DNA of 63,909 nucleotides, the filler included, from Perkinsus chesapeaki ATCC PRA-425 (Eukaryota > Protista > Perkinsozoa), in assembly GCA_013115145.1 (NCBI GenBank). It is 9 parts of 9 records of this genome, joined end to end, with 100 filler letters (N's around TTAATTAATTAA, not from the genome) between each part and the next. Parts side by side here need not be neighbours in the genome. Positions count along the whole stretch, not along the records: positions 10,276 to 39,246 come from JAAPAO010000461.1; 8 more parts are not named here. One strand, 5' to 3'. The notes below the pieces were generated by a model, which saw nothing but the letters and a program-made list of their open reading frames with translations, had not been told where the DNA came from and ran no database searches. Positions 12,490 through 25,600 of this stretch are shown here, piece after piece (within the stretch, counting starts at the first letter, position 1; the number at the start of each line of letters is the position of its first letter). The translations under genes and the position numbers were made by a program.

Positions 12490-12908
12490 CGTATCTTGTA
12501 GACCTAGGATACGTATCTTAGTAGACCTATGATACGTATCTTAGTAGACCTATGATACGTATCTTAGTAGACCTATGATACGTATCTTAGTAGACCTATG
12601 ATACGTATCTTAGTAGACCTATGATACGTATCTTAGTAGACCTATGATACGTATCTTAGTATACCTATGATACGTATCTTAGTAGACCTATGATACGTAT
12701 CTTAGTAGACCTATGATACGTATCTTAGTAGACCTNNNNNNNNNNNNNNNNNNNNNNNNNNNNNNNNNNNNNNNNNNNNNNNNNNNNNNNNNNNNNNNNN
12801 NNNNNNNNNNNNNNNNNNNNNNNNNNNNNNNNNNGTAGACCTATGATACGTATCTTAGTAGACCTATGATACGTATCTTAGTAGACCTATGATACGTATC
12901 TTAGTAGA
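12490..12908. repeat. 23-bp minisatellite (GATACGTATCTTAGTAGACCTAT)n, spanning an N-gap
   Basis: About 10 near-identical units before the gap at 12736-12834 and about 3 after it. Confidence 0.97.
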
Positions 12909-13575
12909 GTTCATATATCATAATTTCGTGGTATCTTTGAGAATACTATTTATCATATAATAATGCCGATAGTATATTGTTTCGCCACTGCACTTGATAG
13001 GGTCCCCGAATATCCCTCTCCAGCTTCAGTGCTTTAGTTACTTCTTGTGTCTACCTGTTGAAAGTAAAGCACTCAATGTTATTTTGAAGAAGCAGGGTCA
13101 ATATGTTGCTTGCTAAGATATGATTAAAAGTTGATTTCTCATTGGAGTATCTTTTATCTCTTTCCTACAGCATCTGTATGATGTGCTTTTGATGTAGTAC
13201 GAAATATATCCTTTCGGAGGAGTAGTATCCTTTTTGTCGATAGCGTATGAATCTCTCGTGACATACTTGGCAATATCCTAACCTCACTGAAAAGCTGTCA
13301 TTTTATGATACACCTGAGCCTGAGCTTGAATTTCTCCAGTGAGACTGAATAGCACGTTGTCTTACTGTGTCTTGCCTGTTTGTTCTTATGTCGATGAAAC
13401 TCTATTATATCTACTCTAATATGGATTCGCTTGAACACGTTCGACCTCCGTTAAACCCATCGCGCGTGCCTCCGTAGTCGCATTGTTAAGGGAGGGGTAC
13501 GTGGCTAGTTGCCGTGCGTATCCTTAGCTTCTTTGGGCATTTCCTTCATTTGTGTTGTTAGTTTTTCATATCCTA

Positions 13576-16500
13576 ATGTTATCCCAAGGTTGTCTCCTGT
13601 CCCGTATCGGTGCTGGTCACAGTCTTGGCCCGGCATCAGCAGCTGTACTCGCCGGAACTGGAGGGAAGATGTTCAAGCGAATGATCAGTAACATGTCGGC
13701 CAGTCTTGGAGATGCACTGTACAACTCGCCGCCAACGAAGGTAGAATTGTTTTACGGTTTTTCTATCAGTATTGTCGGCAGGTCACTACCCTTCCTAATG
13801 GTCTTCGTGTTGCTACTCAGCATACCTTCACCGAGTCCGCTACTATTGGCGTGTGGATTGATGCTGGCTCGAGATACGAAACTAAGGAGACTAACGGTAT
13901 TACCAATAAAGGGGCTGCTTTATATTTCCCATAAAACTCGCCGGATTATTTCTGTTATGAATATCATTTGATTTCTGTAATGCACGCTTCGACCTACCCT
14001 CACCTTCCTAGCTCCTTGAGCATTCTCGATACTCTATACGCATATCACCGAAGGAACCCCAGTGGAGTTTGTGAAACCCCCTAAAAATTTTCCACCAGCG
14101 CCGTACTGAGTCTTGGGAAGGCAGTGGATCCGTGAGGGTATCCGGCTTAGTGGACTGACAGTCAGAAGCTAACTCTTTGTAATGCTGCGTTGTGTAGATA
14201 TTCGTTTCAGGCACTGCGCATTTCCTTGAGCATTTGGCGTTCAAGGGAACACAAAGGAGAACAAGACTTCAACTGGAGAGGGAAGTTGAGGATATTGGCG
14301 CTCACCTTAACGCATATACATCTAGGGAACAGACTGTGTAATAAATGGGGATGGCCTATGATTAGCTCTACTACTACGGAAACTAATTTGCGAGCGTCTC
14401 GAAAGGCGGAGACCTGAGCTCGTGTGTGTGTAACTTGAAATAACCCGTGACGCTTCAGTGCGTATTACGGGAGACCTGACTCGGGTCACCTGAGGTAGAG
14501 CAGGTAAAATATCGTATTGTCGATGATTGAGTTGTAACTGTTCTCTTCACGGCGGGATACTGTTAAGAAGCGAGCTCGGCTCGTATCTGTCAAATGCCTG
14601 TGATTCAACGCACTTAGGTGGCCTTTGAAGGCCGCCAGAGAGAAAAGAACTTGGCGCCTCGTACTTTTCCATCAGCACTGCTTAGTTGTAGACTGAATGA
14701 AGACCGGTCACGGGGCCAATTCGACTATCTATGAGATACTTTCATCATTATTGCTTACTAACTGCCGCCCAGTGTGTTGGGGCGATTCCTCTAGATTACG
14801 GTCCAACTGGGCTCAGACCTCACGGGCGCTCGATGGGCATTGCTAACGGCTTTTGTCAGGTACTATGCCAAGACTCGGCGTGAATGCGTCGGTCAAGGTT
14901 TGGATATCTTATCGGATATCCTACAGCACTCCAAGCTTGAAAGGAGAGCCATTGAGGAGGTAACATTCCCTACTGACTGCTCGTACACTTGCGCTGAAAT
15001 TGAAAAAATAACTTCGATTTGTGAAATTCGTGTCTTCAGGAGCGGGGTGTGATATTGAGGGAGATGGAGGAAGTTAACAAGTCACTTGAAGAAGTTATTT
15101 ACGATCAGCTGCATATTGCATGCTTTCGAGAGGACCCACTGGGGTAGTGAAGTTGAAGGGAAGTGTCGAGGGGAAGTTCGTTATATAGCCAATCTAGCTG
15201 CTTTTAACTGATCAATGTTTATGGGGAAGCGCAAGTCTCTTTCGAAGGCCGTCAAATGGTTATGTCGGAGAGCGTGTTCGGCAGCAAGGGCGCGTAGGTG
15301 GCACGCACGCGCGATAGAGGATCTTTCGGCTGCGAAACGGCTATGGTTCGAAGTTTTACCTGAAACTCTTAGCTTGGTCGGGTATTACTGTGAAAAATGG
15401 CGAGATTTCGCTTCTTTTTGCTCTCGAGAAAGGCGATAATAATCCCAACTATATATCAACTTGACAGTATCGAGCAGCTTAATAAGCTACAACTGAGTTG
15501 TTAGTATTGCACTCACTTGATATTGCAAAATTTTCATCATTTTCGTGGAGGGAATCTCGGTAGAAATGGGAGATCTCATTGCCTATTCTTACAGCAGCAT
15601 GCTTCAGAGGTGTTATTGGTATAGGTATACGATCCTGGGGCCTGTAGAGAACATACGGTCCATTAACCGGGATAACCTAGTAAACTATATATCCAATAAT
15701 TATAAGGCAGACAGGATGGTGGTAGCAGCTGCTGGACCAGTCGATCATGAGGAGATTGTTAAATGTGTAAGGCGGTATGGAGGGGTAAATAATGTTGTCA
15801 CGCGCCGCGAAATTATTGGGGCTATTTTGAGCATCCCTCAGTTGCAGAGTATCTGACTTGAGATTAGTGGGGACGAATTTCTGAGGTATTATCGGCCGTA
15901 TTTGACAGTGTTGAAAAGTGTTTTGAAAGGGTTAAGTTTAATGATGTGAGGGGTTTATTGGGGGTGTCATTCTCAATAGTATACGATGGTGACACGGAAT
16001 GTTTCCAACGATCTGCTGGGTACTAGGGGAGGATGACGTTATGAATATTATGCTGCATATTCAATCTCATTAATTAGAATGTCCATAGATATCCGTGCCT
16101 CTATATCAATATAATAAAGTAATAATAATGATAGTCTATATGTTATAGTGATGATAATATAAACGGGAAATTACTCTCTATATCCTGAAGTATGCTTGAT
16201 ATCGTCGTCAGGCCGCCGAGAAGTTTGGTAACTTGCCCAAGTCTTCGGGGCCTAGAGCATCCATCACCAAGCCACGTTTTGTTTCATCGGAGCTGTTGTC
16301 TGCGTAAGTGGAAGATCGATTATCATTGGGCTTAATTATTATTAAGTGAATTAATAATAATAAACTTACTTAAAATTAATGCGGACTTAATTTAAGTCGG
16401 CATATGAACATTAACGTGTATGTAAATAGGAGGATGTGAGGATGTGGGTCATAAATTCAACACAGGAATAAAAAATATCTGCTTCGCGATGGGTAAATCC

Positions 16501-18907
16501 GAAAGCGAACATCTCAATACCTGGCTTCGGAAAAATGTTTTGTCATGTTCAGAACGGATGCGTTGGGGCCTTCCTCCCATGTAGCGGTGGCATTCGAGGG
16601 CGTGCCGTGGACTAGTCCTGATTGCATAACTTTTATGTTGATGCAGCAAATAGTTGGTGGCTTTAACGGGGCATTCCAAGGTAGGGTCGGGTTCACTCTG
16701 CTCAAGGGTCAAAGCTGTTGTTGCTAGGTTTGATACCGCCTACGCTGTCGGCTAATTCCTCTATACAAGCGATCGCACGAGCACCTAGTGAGGAGGGAGC
16801 AGCTACATGGATAGGTGAGGGGTTGGGGGATAGCAGCTGGTAGTTATGGAGGTGACGATATAAACTATACTTGGATGAGATCGAACGCTTGATATCGGTG
16901 AGGTTGGTGCACTGCCCTATAGGACGTATCGTGTCGTACTGTGACAGGTGCAGGTCTCCTTCGGAATGCCCTCCAATACTCGGTTTTATGTGATCATTGG
17001 GAATGACGGAGTTCCTGGCCAGAAGCCTTTCCATGGTGTTACAGAGGAGCCGGAGTGATGTTTCTTGCCGATACTCTTCAACTAGAAATTCACGTTACAT
17101 CTCCTCCCCAATAGGAATGCTTTTCGACCCTCGAAGTCTCGTTCGACAGTTTTTCCACTGTTTAGATTCCTTCACTGCCCTCAATACATGTTATAAGGAC
17201 ACCGGTCTCTTCGGTTTCTATGTTGCCAGCCCAGAGGAGAAGATTAACAACGCTATCGGTAGGTGGTTCTGGTTCCGTTGTAGTGAATGTAACTACGTAT
17301 ATATTTTCACTATACAACATATTTAATGTATATATTAATATTTGTTATGTGTATTTTTCCTCGGGTAGCACTTCTCCTCTCTCAAGGCAGCTGACAGTAG
17401 CTAGTATAGGAGTATAGCTGTGGGCTCCGTCCCTCCTAAAAGGCTAAGCAGCGACCCTGTGAAGTGCCGAGGCGGAATTATGCCCCCCCGGTAGGTGTAT
17501 GTTAATGTAACGTTTATTGTGTGTATGTAATTCATCATCGAATGATACATGGATGAGTGTTAGAATTCAATATTCTTGTATATTCCTGTTGTTTGTTTCC
17601 TATGAGTGTTGTTAGATGAGCTAATGTGCAGCATTGACAGCCTGTCATACAGTATTACTGAGGAGGACTTAGAGAGAGCCAAAAAGCAGCTCCTTACGAC
17701 CCTCTTCATAGGACTGGATGATACTACAGGTGAGATTATGCAGGGCCTCTTGATACATGTATCTAGTACATAGATGGTGATGTATGAAAGCCTATAGGGA
17801 GTAGTGTCGACTAAGTATTGAGTTGTCAGCAGCTGTTATATTACTATATAATTAGTATTGAATGATTCCTTGCGGTGGTGGGAGCCACACGATGTCTTTG
17901 AAGGGGTCACATTGCTAGGGTTCTCTTTAATGAAGGTCCCTTTGCAAAAGTTCTGCAGGCTGTAAAATTTGACTACCATATTAGGAATTGAACCAGAGAA
18001 CGAAATATACTATAATTTATTATTGATTGTCTGGCATGTATGCTCTTCGGTATTCATTCATCTCCTTCTAGCATTGGTTGTTCTGTTGGTGTGTGGTTTT
18101 GAAGCAGTGTTCTTTGTGCCTTTTCAGGTGTCGCAGAGGACATCGGTCGGCAACTGCTTGTCTACGGCCGTCGCATCAGTCCTGCTGAGTTCGTGAAGAG
18201 ACTGGATCAAATAGACCATTGTAAGTTGGAACTCACCAGGAATCTCTCAACACGCCAAGTGGCGTCCAAGTGAAGGCTGCATTAATAATTAGTACTCGTT
18301 ATAATATTGGTNNNNNNNNNNNNNNNNNNNNNNNNNNNNNNNNNNNNNNNNNNNNNNNNNNNNNNNNNNNNNNNNNNNNNNNNNNNNNNNNNNNNNNNNN
18401 NNNNNNNCTATATACTATATACTATATACTATATACTATATACTATATACTATATACTATATACTATATACTATATACTATATACTATATAGCATGTTAG
18501 TATTCTATTTGGTTAATGGAGTTATGAGACCAAGAAGCCATAGATCATAGGAATTCCACTTGTCGGTGATATTCCCGCCTATTTTGGTGAGCCAAGAAAT
18601 TTCTTGAGGGAACTTCATGTGAGTCTGGTTAATACTTTTTCATCGACGCCACTAGTGAGGCATCTTCGAACCGACTCGGCTGGAAGGAAATTGTAGAGCT
18701 CGGCTGTGGAAGGGTAAAAGATATGTCGGCTGTTGTGAATTCTTTGGCTCCTCAGATGAGATTCGTCGCGTCGCCCAAAAGTATCTCCTGAACAAGCCAG
18801 TGACGATGACAGGTGTTGGTATGGTCCAGAATGTGATGCAGTTATCGGAAGTGCAGAAGCTAGCTCATTGGCAGGGCGCTTCACTACCGAAGGAGGAGGA
18901 GCAATAG
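13576..18907 (+). CDS. PMPCB: Mitochondrial processing peptidase beta subunit (M16 metallopeptidase), about 12 exons
   Basis: Spliced exons give a presequence, then [31 protein letters not shown] / [13 protein letters not shown] (HxxEH) ..[11 protein letters not shown] / [12 protein letters not shown] / [10 protein letters not shown] / [16 protein letters not shown] / [12 protein letters not shown]-like [18 protein letters not shown] / [18 protein letters not shown]. Stop TAG at 18905-18907. Confidence 0.95.
18408..18490. repeat. (TATATAC)n heptamer microsatellite in the last MPP-beta intron, next to an N-gap
   Basis: About 12 visible perfect units. Confidence 0.95.
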
Positions 18908-19191
18908 AAACGGCCAGCTTTCTTTACTATTGTTTCTATCCAACCGTTTCGTGACAGCATAGTTGCCCTTTTGTGTCGGGAGCTGTCTCCTTTTGTGAGG
19001 ATGGCGGTTCGAGGGGCCGGGGGGTTCTGGGTTGGCAGTTTTCATTGAGCAAATCCTTCATGGGCTTGATCGTTAGCTAGCTTCGTTTCACTAGCAATAG
19101 ATGCAATTGGATACTCGAACTTGTTGACGGTTGTTACGCTGCATTTTGCTTGATAATTCGATCGTTTGCACCGGAAGTTAGGGTCCCCTCG

Positions 19192-20151
19192 ATGTCCCCG
19201 ACAGCAGACGGCCAGACGTTTCTGTCATTCCTATTAGTGGGCTTCCTCTGGGGTGCTACAACGCCCTTCTTAAAGGAGGCTTCTGGTGACTCACTCAGCA
19301 AGGAGGAGCTAAAATTGCCCAAGTGGCGCCAGATAGTTATCAGCCTTTGGCACTTGTTATTGAGATGGAAGTTCCTGTTGGCTTATGGTATCAATCAGGC
19401 TGGGTCGATTGGTTACTACTACCTACTAGGTAAGATTAATACGGCTCATTGGTAGTTAATGAAGTCCCTCTAGTACAAACACACACTCACCATTCAATTA
19501 GGGCATCTGCAGCCGCTCTAGGGCCGGAGAGAACTGACTTGTGGTAATGTCTATAAGAAATTTGCACACTAGAGAGATAGGAAGTGTGGTGATTCATATA
19601 TCTGTTGAAGGAAGCGTATTGAAGTTCTGAGACAGTGTTATTATTGCTGTTAATGGAGGTGGCAACTCTTCAGGATATTAGTGGATTTAGTGCAGCTCTC
19701 GAGGGAACTTGCTCGATAGCTTAAATGCTCTTATGTTTTTATGGATGACAAAGCACCTACTGATACGAAGATATGATAGAAAGTCTGATAGAATATGATA
19801 CCGGAGGCGCTGTGTGTTAGCTTTTGGAACACCTGATGAAGCTATACGCTCAATGCCTCTTCGCTTACCACATCATTGTCACCTCCCCAACTCCACCGAT
19901 GAGCCAGCTAGAAGGTTTGTTCCTTTGTTCAGGAAGCCATGACCTCTCCGTGGCGGTGCCAGCAGCCAACTCCCTTTCCTTTGGTTTTACTGCCCTAACC
20001 GAGGCTCTCTGCCTTAATAGAACGCTTCCTGATAAGTAGGTTTAGGAGGAGTGTCTGTTGCTTGGTAAGCCTGTCTTTCAGGTACACGGTGATCGGTAGC
20101 GGGCTCATCCTGTTTGGGGTGTTTTTGTGTATGAAGGGACAGCCTTCCTAG
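19192..20151 (+). CDS. TMEM234: TMEM234-like small membrane protein (DMT/EamA-like), 3 exons
   Basis: LLVGFLWGATTPFLK..WKFLLAYGINQAGSIGYYYLL / GSHDLSVAVPAANSLSFGFTALTE / YTVIGSGLILFGVFLC; GT-AG joins stay in frame. Confidence 0.85.
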
Positions 20152-20643
20152 GGCACGTGTTGTGTAATTTATCGACAAAATTCCTGGTATATTTTTCACA
20201 CTATTATCTGGTGTTGACTATGTGTAGAATGGTTCTAGTGATAAATCGGCTTCATAGTGGACGGTCGTCCTCTCCCCGTAGATGGGGTTTAATAGCGGAT
20301 GGATACATCTAAGGCTTTCTCAGGGAACGAGAACCTGGTTTGAAGGCCCATGTTATTTAGTAATGCTTTGATGCTGATGTATCTGGCCAGGAGCGAGGGG
20401 AGTCGCTTTCCCTCATATTTACAAGCTGATATTAGCGAAAGACGTTGGATCGATTTTCAAATTGACGGTCATGAAATTTCAGTGTGCATCGTGTATGATA
20501 TAGATAGGCCACCGCTAGGTCTCAGTTTTTGTTCTCCTCGAAATCGTCAGTGACTTGTTGTTTATGTGTGATGAGGTGTATATTTGGCCCATGCTGCTGC
20601 TGTCCATTATCATTTAGCTGTTTACGTCCATTTCTGGTAAACT

Positions 20644-22252
20644 ATGGCGTATATGCTCCCTCACCTCCACTCTGGCTGGGCCGTGGACCAAGCTATCCTA
20701 GGAGAGGAGGAACGACTTGTGTGCATCCGGTAGGTGTCTGATCAGTAATTCCCCAGGGGAATTGTCGAGCATCGGAGAGTCTCATGGAGGCTCACGAGCA
20801 ACTCGGGCCGCCCGTAGTTCTCCCTAGAAACTCCCGATAACATATTTTTTCGTCTACTGTCTCGGAAGTTGCACAGATACTGCTCGTACCGTACCGCTCA
20901 AGTGCTTCACAGAGAGGATTTTCCCCCGGAAATTTTAACGAAATTTTTGTTTTTTTCGCCAGCTAGGATACGTGATTCATATATCTGAAACTTAGACACT
21001 TAAAGGAACATTTGCAGAAATGTATTTGAATGTATACCGTGGAGGAGGGTTCGACTTTCCTGGGGAGGCGGATGAAATGGATCTCAGGTTTGGCCATGAT
21101 TACGACCCTCAATGCATGCAGATGGACGAGGTTCTGTATAACTGTGCGGAAGATGTTAAGAATTTTGCGGTTATATACTTGGTAAGGATGGGAGGTCCCG
21201 GGTTCGAATCCCGCACCTGTCATTTTCCGTAGGTGGATACCAAAGAGGTGCCGGATTTCAACACTATGTATGAGCTCTATGACCCGGTAACGGTGATGTT
21301 CTTCTACAGGTGAGATGACATGGATTTGCGGTCATATAATAAAAAACTTTTGGCGCCAAAAAATCAGTTTCGGGATCATGTAGCCACGGAGTTGGTGGGA
21401 TGAATTCAACCATCGTGGGGGGGGGTCATGATGTAGTCAAAGATTTATGCTCGATGATTGAAAAGTGCTCGTAAAGGTAACGCAGGCCCCAGGAAAACAG
21501 ATTTCCGGTGGAATGAACTGGTATATACGCTTTATGGTGAAGGATGTGATGCATCTTCTTTTCGGTCCATGAAAAAACTGTTTTGACCTGAGTTGGTATA
21601 AAGCACGTATTGGTGGAACAAGAGTCATGTCTCGCTGCTGCTTCTGCTGCTTTATATGCGTGTTAGAGGTTAGTTAGTCCCTTCTTGGTGGCTGTTTATT
21701 ACCGTTGATCACCTTGGGCCTTAGGATCATAAGTAACACTTTATTTTAGGAACAAACACATGATGATTGATCTTGGTACTGGTAACAATAACAAGATTAA
21801 TTGGCCAATGAATAACAAGCAGGTAGGTTCAATAGGCGAGGTGCTGGTGGTGGTGGCCTAGATCCGTCTGGCATGCCGTCTCATCAGCGGTCGCCCGTAG
21901 CTCACAATACGATGGTCGTTTGGGGCGGCACAAAAATAAAGTGTATCGGAAAATTCTCCTATTGATATTGATTTTCGCCGATGTACTGCTCATCTCAAAG
22001 ATATTCTTCATAGTGCGGTACGAGCGGATGTTCGACCATTATCATTATGCTGGTCGTGTGATTTATATAAATATGCATGGATACAAGGCTACTGTTATTA
22101 TATGTTTGTTAGGAGTTTATAGACATACTTGAGGTCATCTATAGAGGAGCAAGGAAGGGTAGAGGGTTAGTGGTGTCACCAAAGGATTACAGTAAGACCT
22201 ATTATTGCTGTGTAACGTAAGATGTTATTAAGGTACCAAATACAAGTATTAA
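20644..22252 (+). CDS. TXNL4A: Thioredoxin-like U5 snRNP protein Dim1, 6 exons
   Basis: MAYMLPHLHSGWAVDQAILGEEERLVCIR / FGHDYDPQCMQMDEVLY..KNFAVIYL / VDTKEVPDFNTMYELYDPVTVMFFYR / NKHMMIDLGTGNNNKINW / EFIDILEVIYRGARKGRGLVVSPKDYS / TKYKY*. Confidence 0.97.
21182..21232 (+). other. 51-nt DIM1 intron made largely of a tRNA 3'-half-like sequence
   Basis: gtaaggatggGAGGTCCCGGGTTCGAATCCCGCACCTGTCATTTTccgtag: variable loop, T-arm/B-box, acceptor-like strand and T4. Confidence 0.7.
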
Positions 22253-22459
22253 ACACTACCACGATGACAGGCCCTGCTGCTGGTGGTGGTGTTATGGAGG
22301 TGATATAGGCAGTAGGTGGTTGTCTGTAGTTGGAGGGGGTGTTGTGTTAGTAGTAGTAATGGTGGGGTGAAGAAGGGAAATGTTACGGTATGACCGACAG
22401 CTAATTGGTCAATGGTGTGACGGTACTATAAAAAACTGCCTTACAGGCATATGCGAGAT

Positions 22460-22593
22460 GAGATATCTTGGCTTGAAGCGCTCACGTACGAGAGATATCC
22501 CAGCTCGAAGAGCACGAGATGCATCTTAGCTCGAAGAGCACAAAATGCATCTTGGCTCAAAGAGCACTGGATGCATCTTAGCTTGAATAGCAC
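22460..22593 (+). repeat. Five-unit ~26-bp tandem repeat (GAGATGCATCTTRGCTYRAAGAGCAC) with a spliced-leader-like core
   Basis: Units at about 22460, 22490, 22516, 22542 and 22568. Unit 4 contains CATCTTGGCTCAA(A)G. Confidence 0.85.
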
Positions 22594-22624
22594 TAGAAAG
22601 TAGCTGTTCTGTTTACTTGCGTTA

Positions 22625-25600
22625 ATGCTGCCAACAATAGGAGAGGACAGCGCATTAGACGAGTCTACGCCTCGAACATCAGCCAGAGGCCGGTCCTCCT
22701 CAGCCTCGATAGGTGACTTCCCCCCTGGTGACGGTGGTAGAGAGGCAGCTGTCTTCAGTTGTGGTGGAGTTGGGGATGAGGAACCGGTAATAGGGAATTA
22801 TGGAGAGAGCTGCGAAGGGCGAAGGCATCCATCAGCGGCAGAAAGAGGACGATAATGTCCGACTCGGTCAATAGGTACATTTCTCTTACAATTGGATAAT
22901 TAATAAATATATATAATAGATATTCAAGACCAGTAGGACTGTGCGACATGCTCTCCGGAATTAAATTCGTCATCTCGGTGAAATTCATCATCGAATGAGC
23001 TCGACAACTCGCTCTTTTCTGTGGGGCTTCTCGCATCGGAGTTGGAGGCGGGGCAATTAAGAAGACAGGGGGAGATCCTGAGGTCTCGATGAGTGTGGTT
23101 ATTAGATTCAACGGACTGCTGATGAGGCTGCTGAAAGTAAATGGAGCGCAGTGAGTAAAGGATATTACAGTGACCCTTATATAATGCAAATGTGTCGGTA
23201 AGGTGAGGGGTTAGATAATATGGAGGGGGTAAAGAAATGTTGCCGATGAGAAGCCCAAGCAGACGGTGAGCTTTAAAAAGATGAATTCTTGTCGAGTTCA
23301 TCTTAGTGGGTATGAACTTGGGGCTGGAGGCTCTAGCGTAGATTAAGCAGTTAGATGTAAAATATCCAATTCCAATCGAGCTATTGAGCATGAAAACACT
23401 TAAGTGTTGACTCCACCATATTGAGTACTTTACAATATATTCCTAGTCTGGAGTCGATTTATCTTCAAGAGTTCACAGTGCGAAATGTCACTCGAAGATA
23501 CTTGGGCAAATATGCACAGTTGGACTCACCTGAGATGGGTTATTGCCCTTTAACTGGCAGGCACAACGTGCATCGTCAGCCTGTCATCAACCGAGGGTAC
23601 TTTGCTAGAGTTCAGGCTATGAGGGACGCTATAATTGCTTTTGTTAAAGATGCTAAGGCTGATAAAAAAGACAAAATTCAGGTAGTTCATTGCTGCTGAT
23701 AGAACAGCCCTTAAATATTTATATATGATATTTATATTTCATTGACAGATAGTATCATTGGGATCTGGTCTCGACACTACCTACTGGTGGTTGAGAGAAC
23801 AGGAGGACCTAGAAGGCCTTCAGTTGGGGTAGGAAAATAACCGAAATAATAATTAATATTTTTCTGCAGTTACCTGGAGCTGGATATGCCTGAAGTTGTG
23901 GATAGGAAATCTAGTAGGTCTTCTGCTTTACAGCTGGCATACTGGTATCACATTCCATAAGGCATCATTCTCCGTCGAGAGGCTTTATGGAACAAGATAG
24001 GAGAGTCCAAAGATGATTTACTGATCAAGGATGGTAAGTGGAATAAGATAAGGATCGGCAGCGTAGGTGTTGACGTGTTACTGTCGGGTTGTTAGTGATG
24101 GTCGCGGATGTCCATAGTTATGTCCAATCAAAGCTTAATAGAGTGCGGTTTGGGCGCTCTCTACTGACGCATCGGTTTTTGATCTTGCTCTCGTGCTTTT
24201 CAGCGTTGTGACAATGAGCCTTCATAATCGGACTCTGTGTTAGGCTTGTGGAATTGGCTTTGATGGTTCTTTCTTTCCCACCAGTGGCTATTCGAGGGTA
24301 TAATCAGTATATATATCATTATAATATTGCCCTTATAATAATGTTATTCTTTGGTCACACTGAATTCGTTTAGTGGTTAGGATTGTCATCTTCTAGCGGA
24401 GCTCGAATTTCTAGAAATTTCATGTTCCGCTCTCGGGAAGGGACACTGTGTAGAAGGGTTAAGCTGCATTCACTCCGCTGTTTTTATTTTGGGGGGCTGC
24501 TCTATTGTTGGCTCAATCGCTTCAGGTTGTGGCGCGCGTTGTATACGTGGGAATGAATACCGATCAGGGTGCTGCGATCTGAGGTCAGTTGAGAGCGTCG
24601 CCGGTGCGCTGACTGAAATAGGTAGCCTTCCAGTAGCTTCGCAACCTTGAGCCTCGGTGCGGTTTAGGTTTTCAGTCTGAGGGCGTGCCGACTATGTTCA
24701 TCGCCGAGTGCGTGCTGGTGTAAGCATCCATAGGCAATTTAGTGGATAATTCATTCTGGCCTGTACGGTCACGTAGAAAACGAAAGTTTTCTACGCAAAT
24801 CGCGACAGTCTTTCATCTCATTTGTTCTCAATTGTTTCTTCACAGTGTGATTCACATGCTGGTTGTAGGGGTTGTTAGTTTGCAAGTCCTTCAACAGTAG
24901 CGAGCTAATCGTGGCATTTTATATGCGCCTTCATTTTCTACGAGTAAAATTTCGATTTACAAAGTCACCAATCTCAGTGTATGTTCTTCTTCTCCGAAGT
25001 TTCTATTCCACGGAATCGTAGCGTGTTTTAAGTCAACCCCCACTTTCCGTTCAAACTTCATGCCACCGCTCTAACTTATAAGGTCCTCATGCAGGTACAT
25101 GCCGCCCGATGCTAGCGACAAGCTCATAACGTTGATAGCACACTCGACAAGCGACGCCGAAGTTCGCGTGCTAGCGTAACCTTCCATAAAGGCACCTCAT
25201 TCCATCTCTTATGTTTCAGATACGAGCAGTGCAGTCCTGACGATCCTTTCGGTAAAGTAATGATGGAGAATCTGAAGGCTAGGGGCTGCCCCCTTATAGG
25301 CCTCACCAAGTGATACATCTGTCAAATGGGTCTCGCTGAACGCTACTTGTCTAAGCAGATATCCGACGATTGAATCCCAGCGGCAACGGTATATTTCTTG
25401 TGGTTTCAAGTACTGCGCCGCGGAGGACATGTTAGCCGTTTATGATAAATATTTAGTAAGCTTTCCGTGGAATCCTCCGACATGGAAGGTTGTTTATGTC
25501 GACATACTTTGTGAAACGGTGTTGATTGGAAGCTTTACATCTTGCGCAGCAGAAATCCGGAGTCGTTCGGTAGCCTTCTATCCTCAGACGTCTGATGTAG

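Noticed and set aside
12490-12908. CRISPR-like array
   Set aside because: Units are head-to-tail with no unique spacers, there are no cas genes, and the context is eukaryotic
18270-18500. ORFs with YILYTI repeats
   Set aside because: These are translations of a (TATATAC)n microsatellite and N's inside an MPP-beta intron
18545-18713. P450-like (PLVGDIP) and methyltransferase-like (VELGCG) phrases
   Set aside because: Short chance-level motifs inside the last MPP-beta intron with no supporting exons
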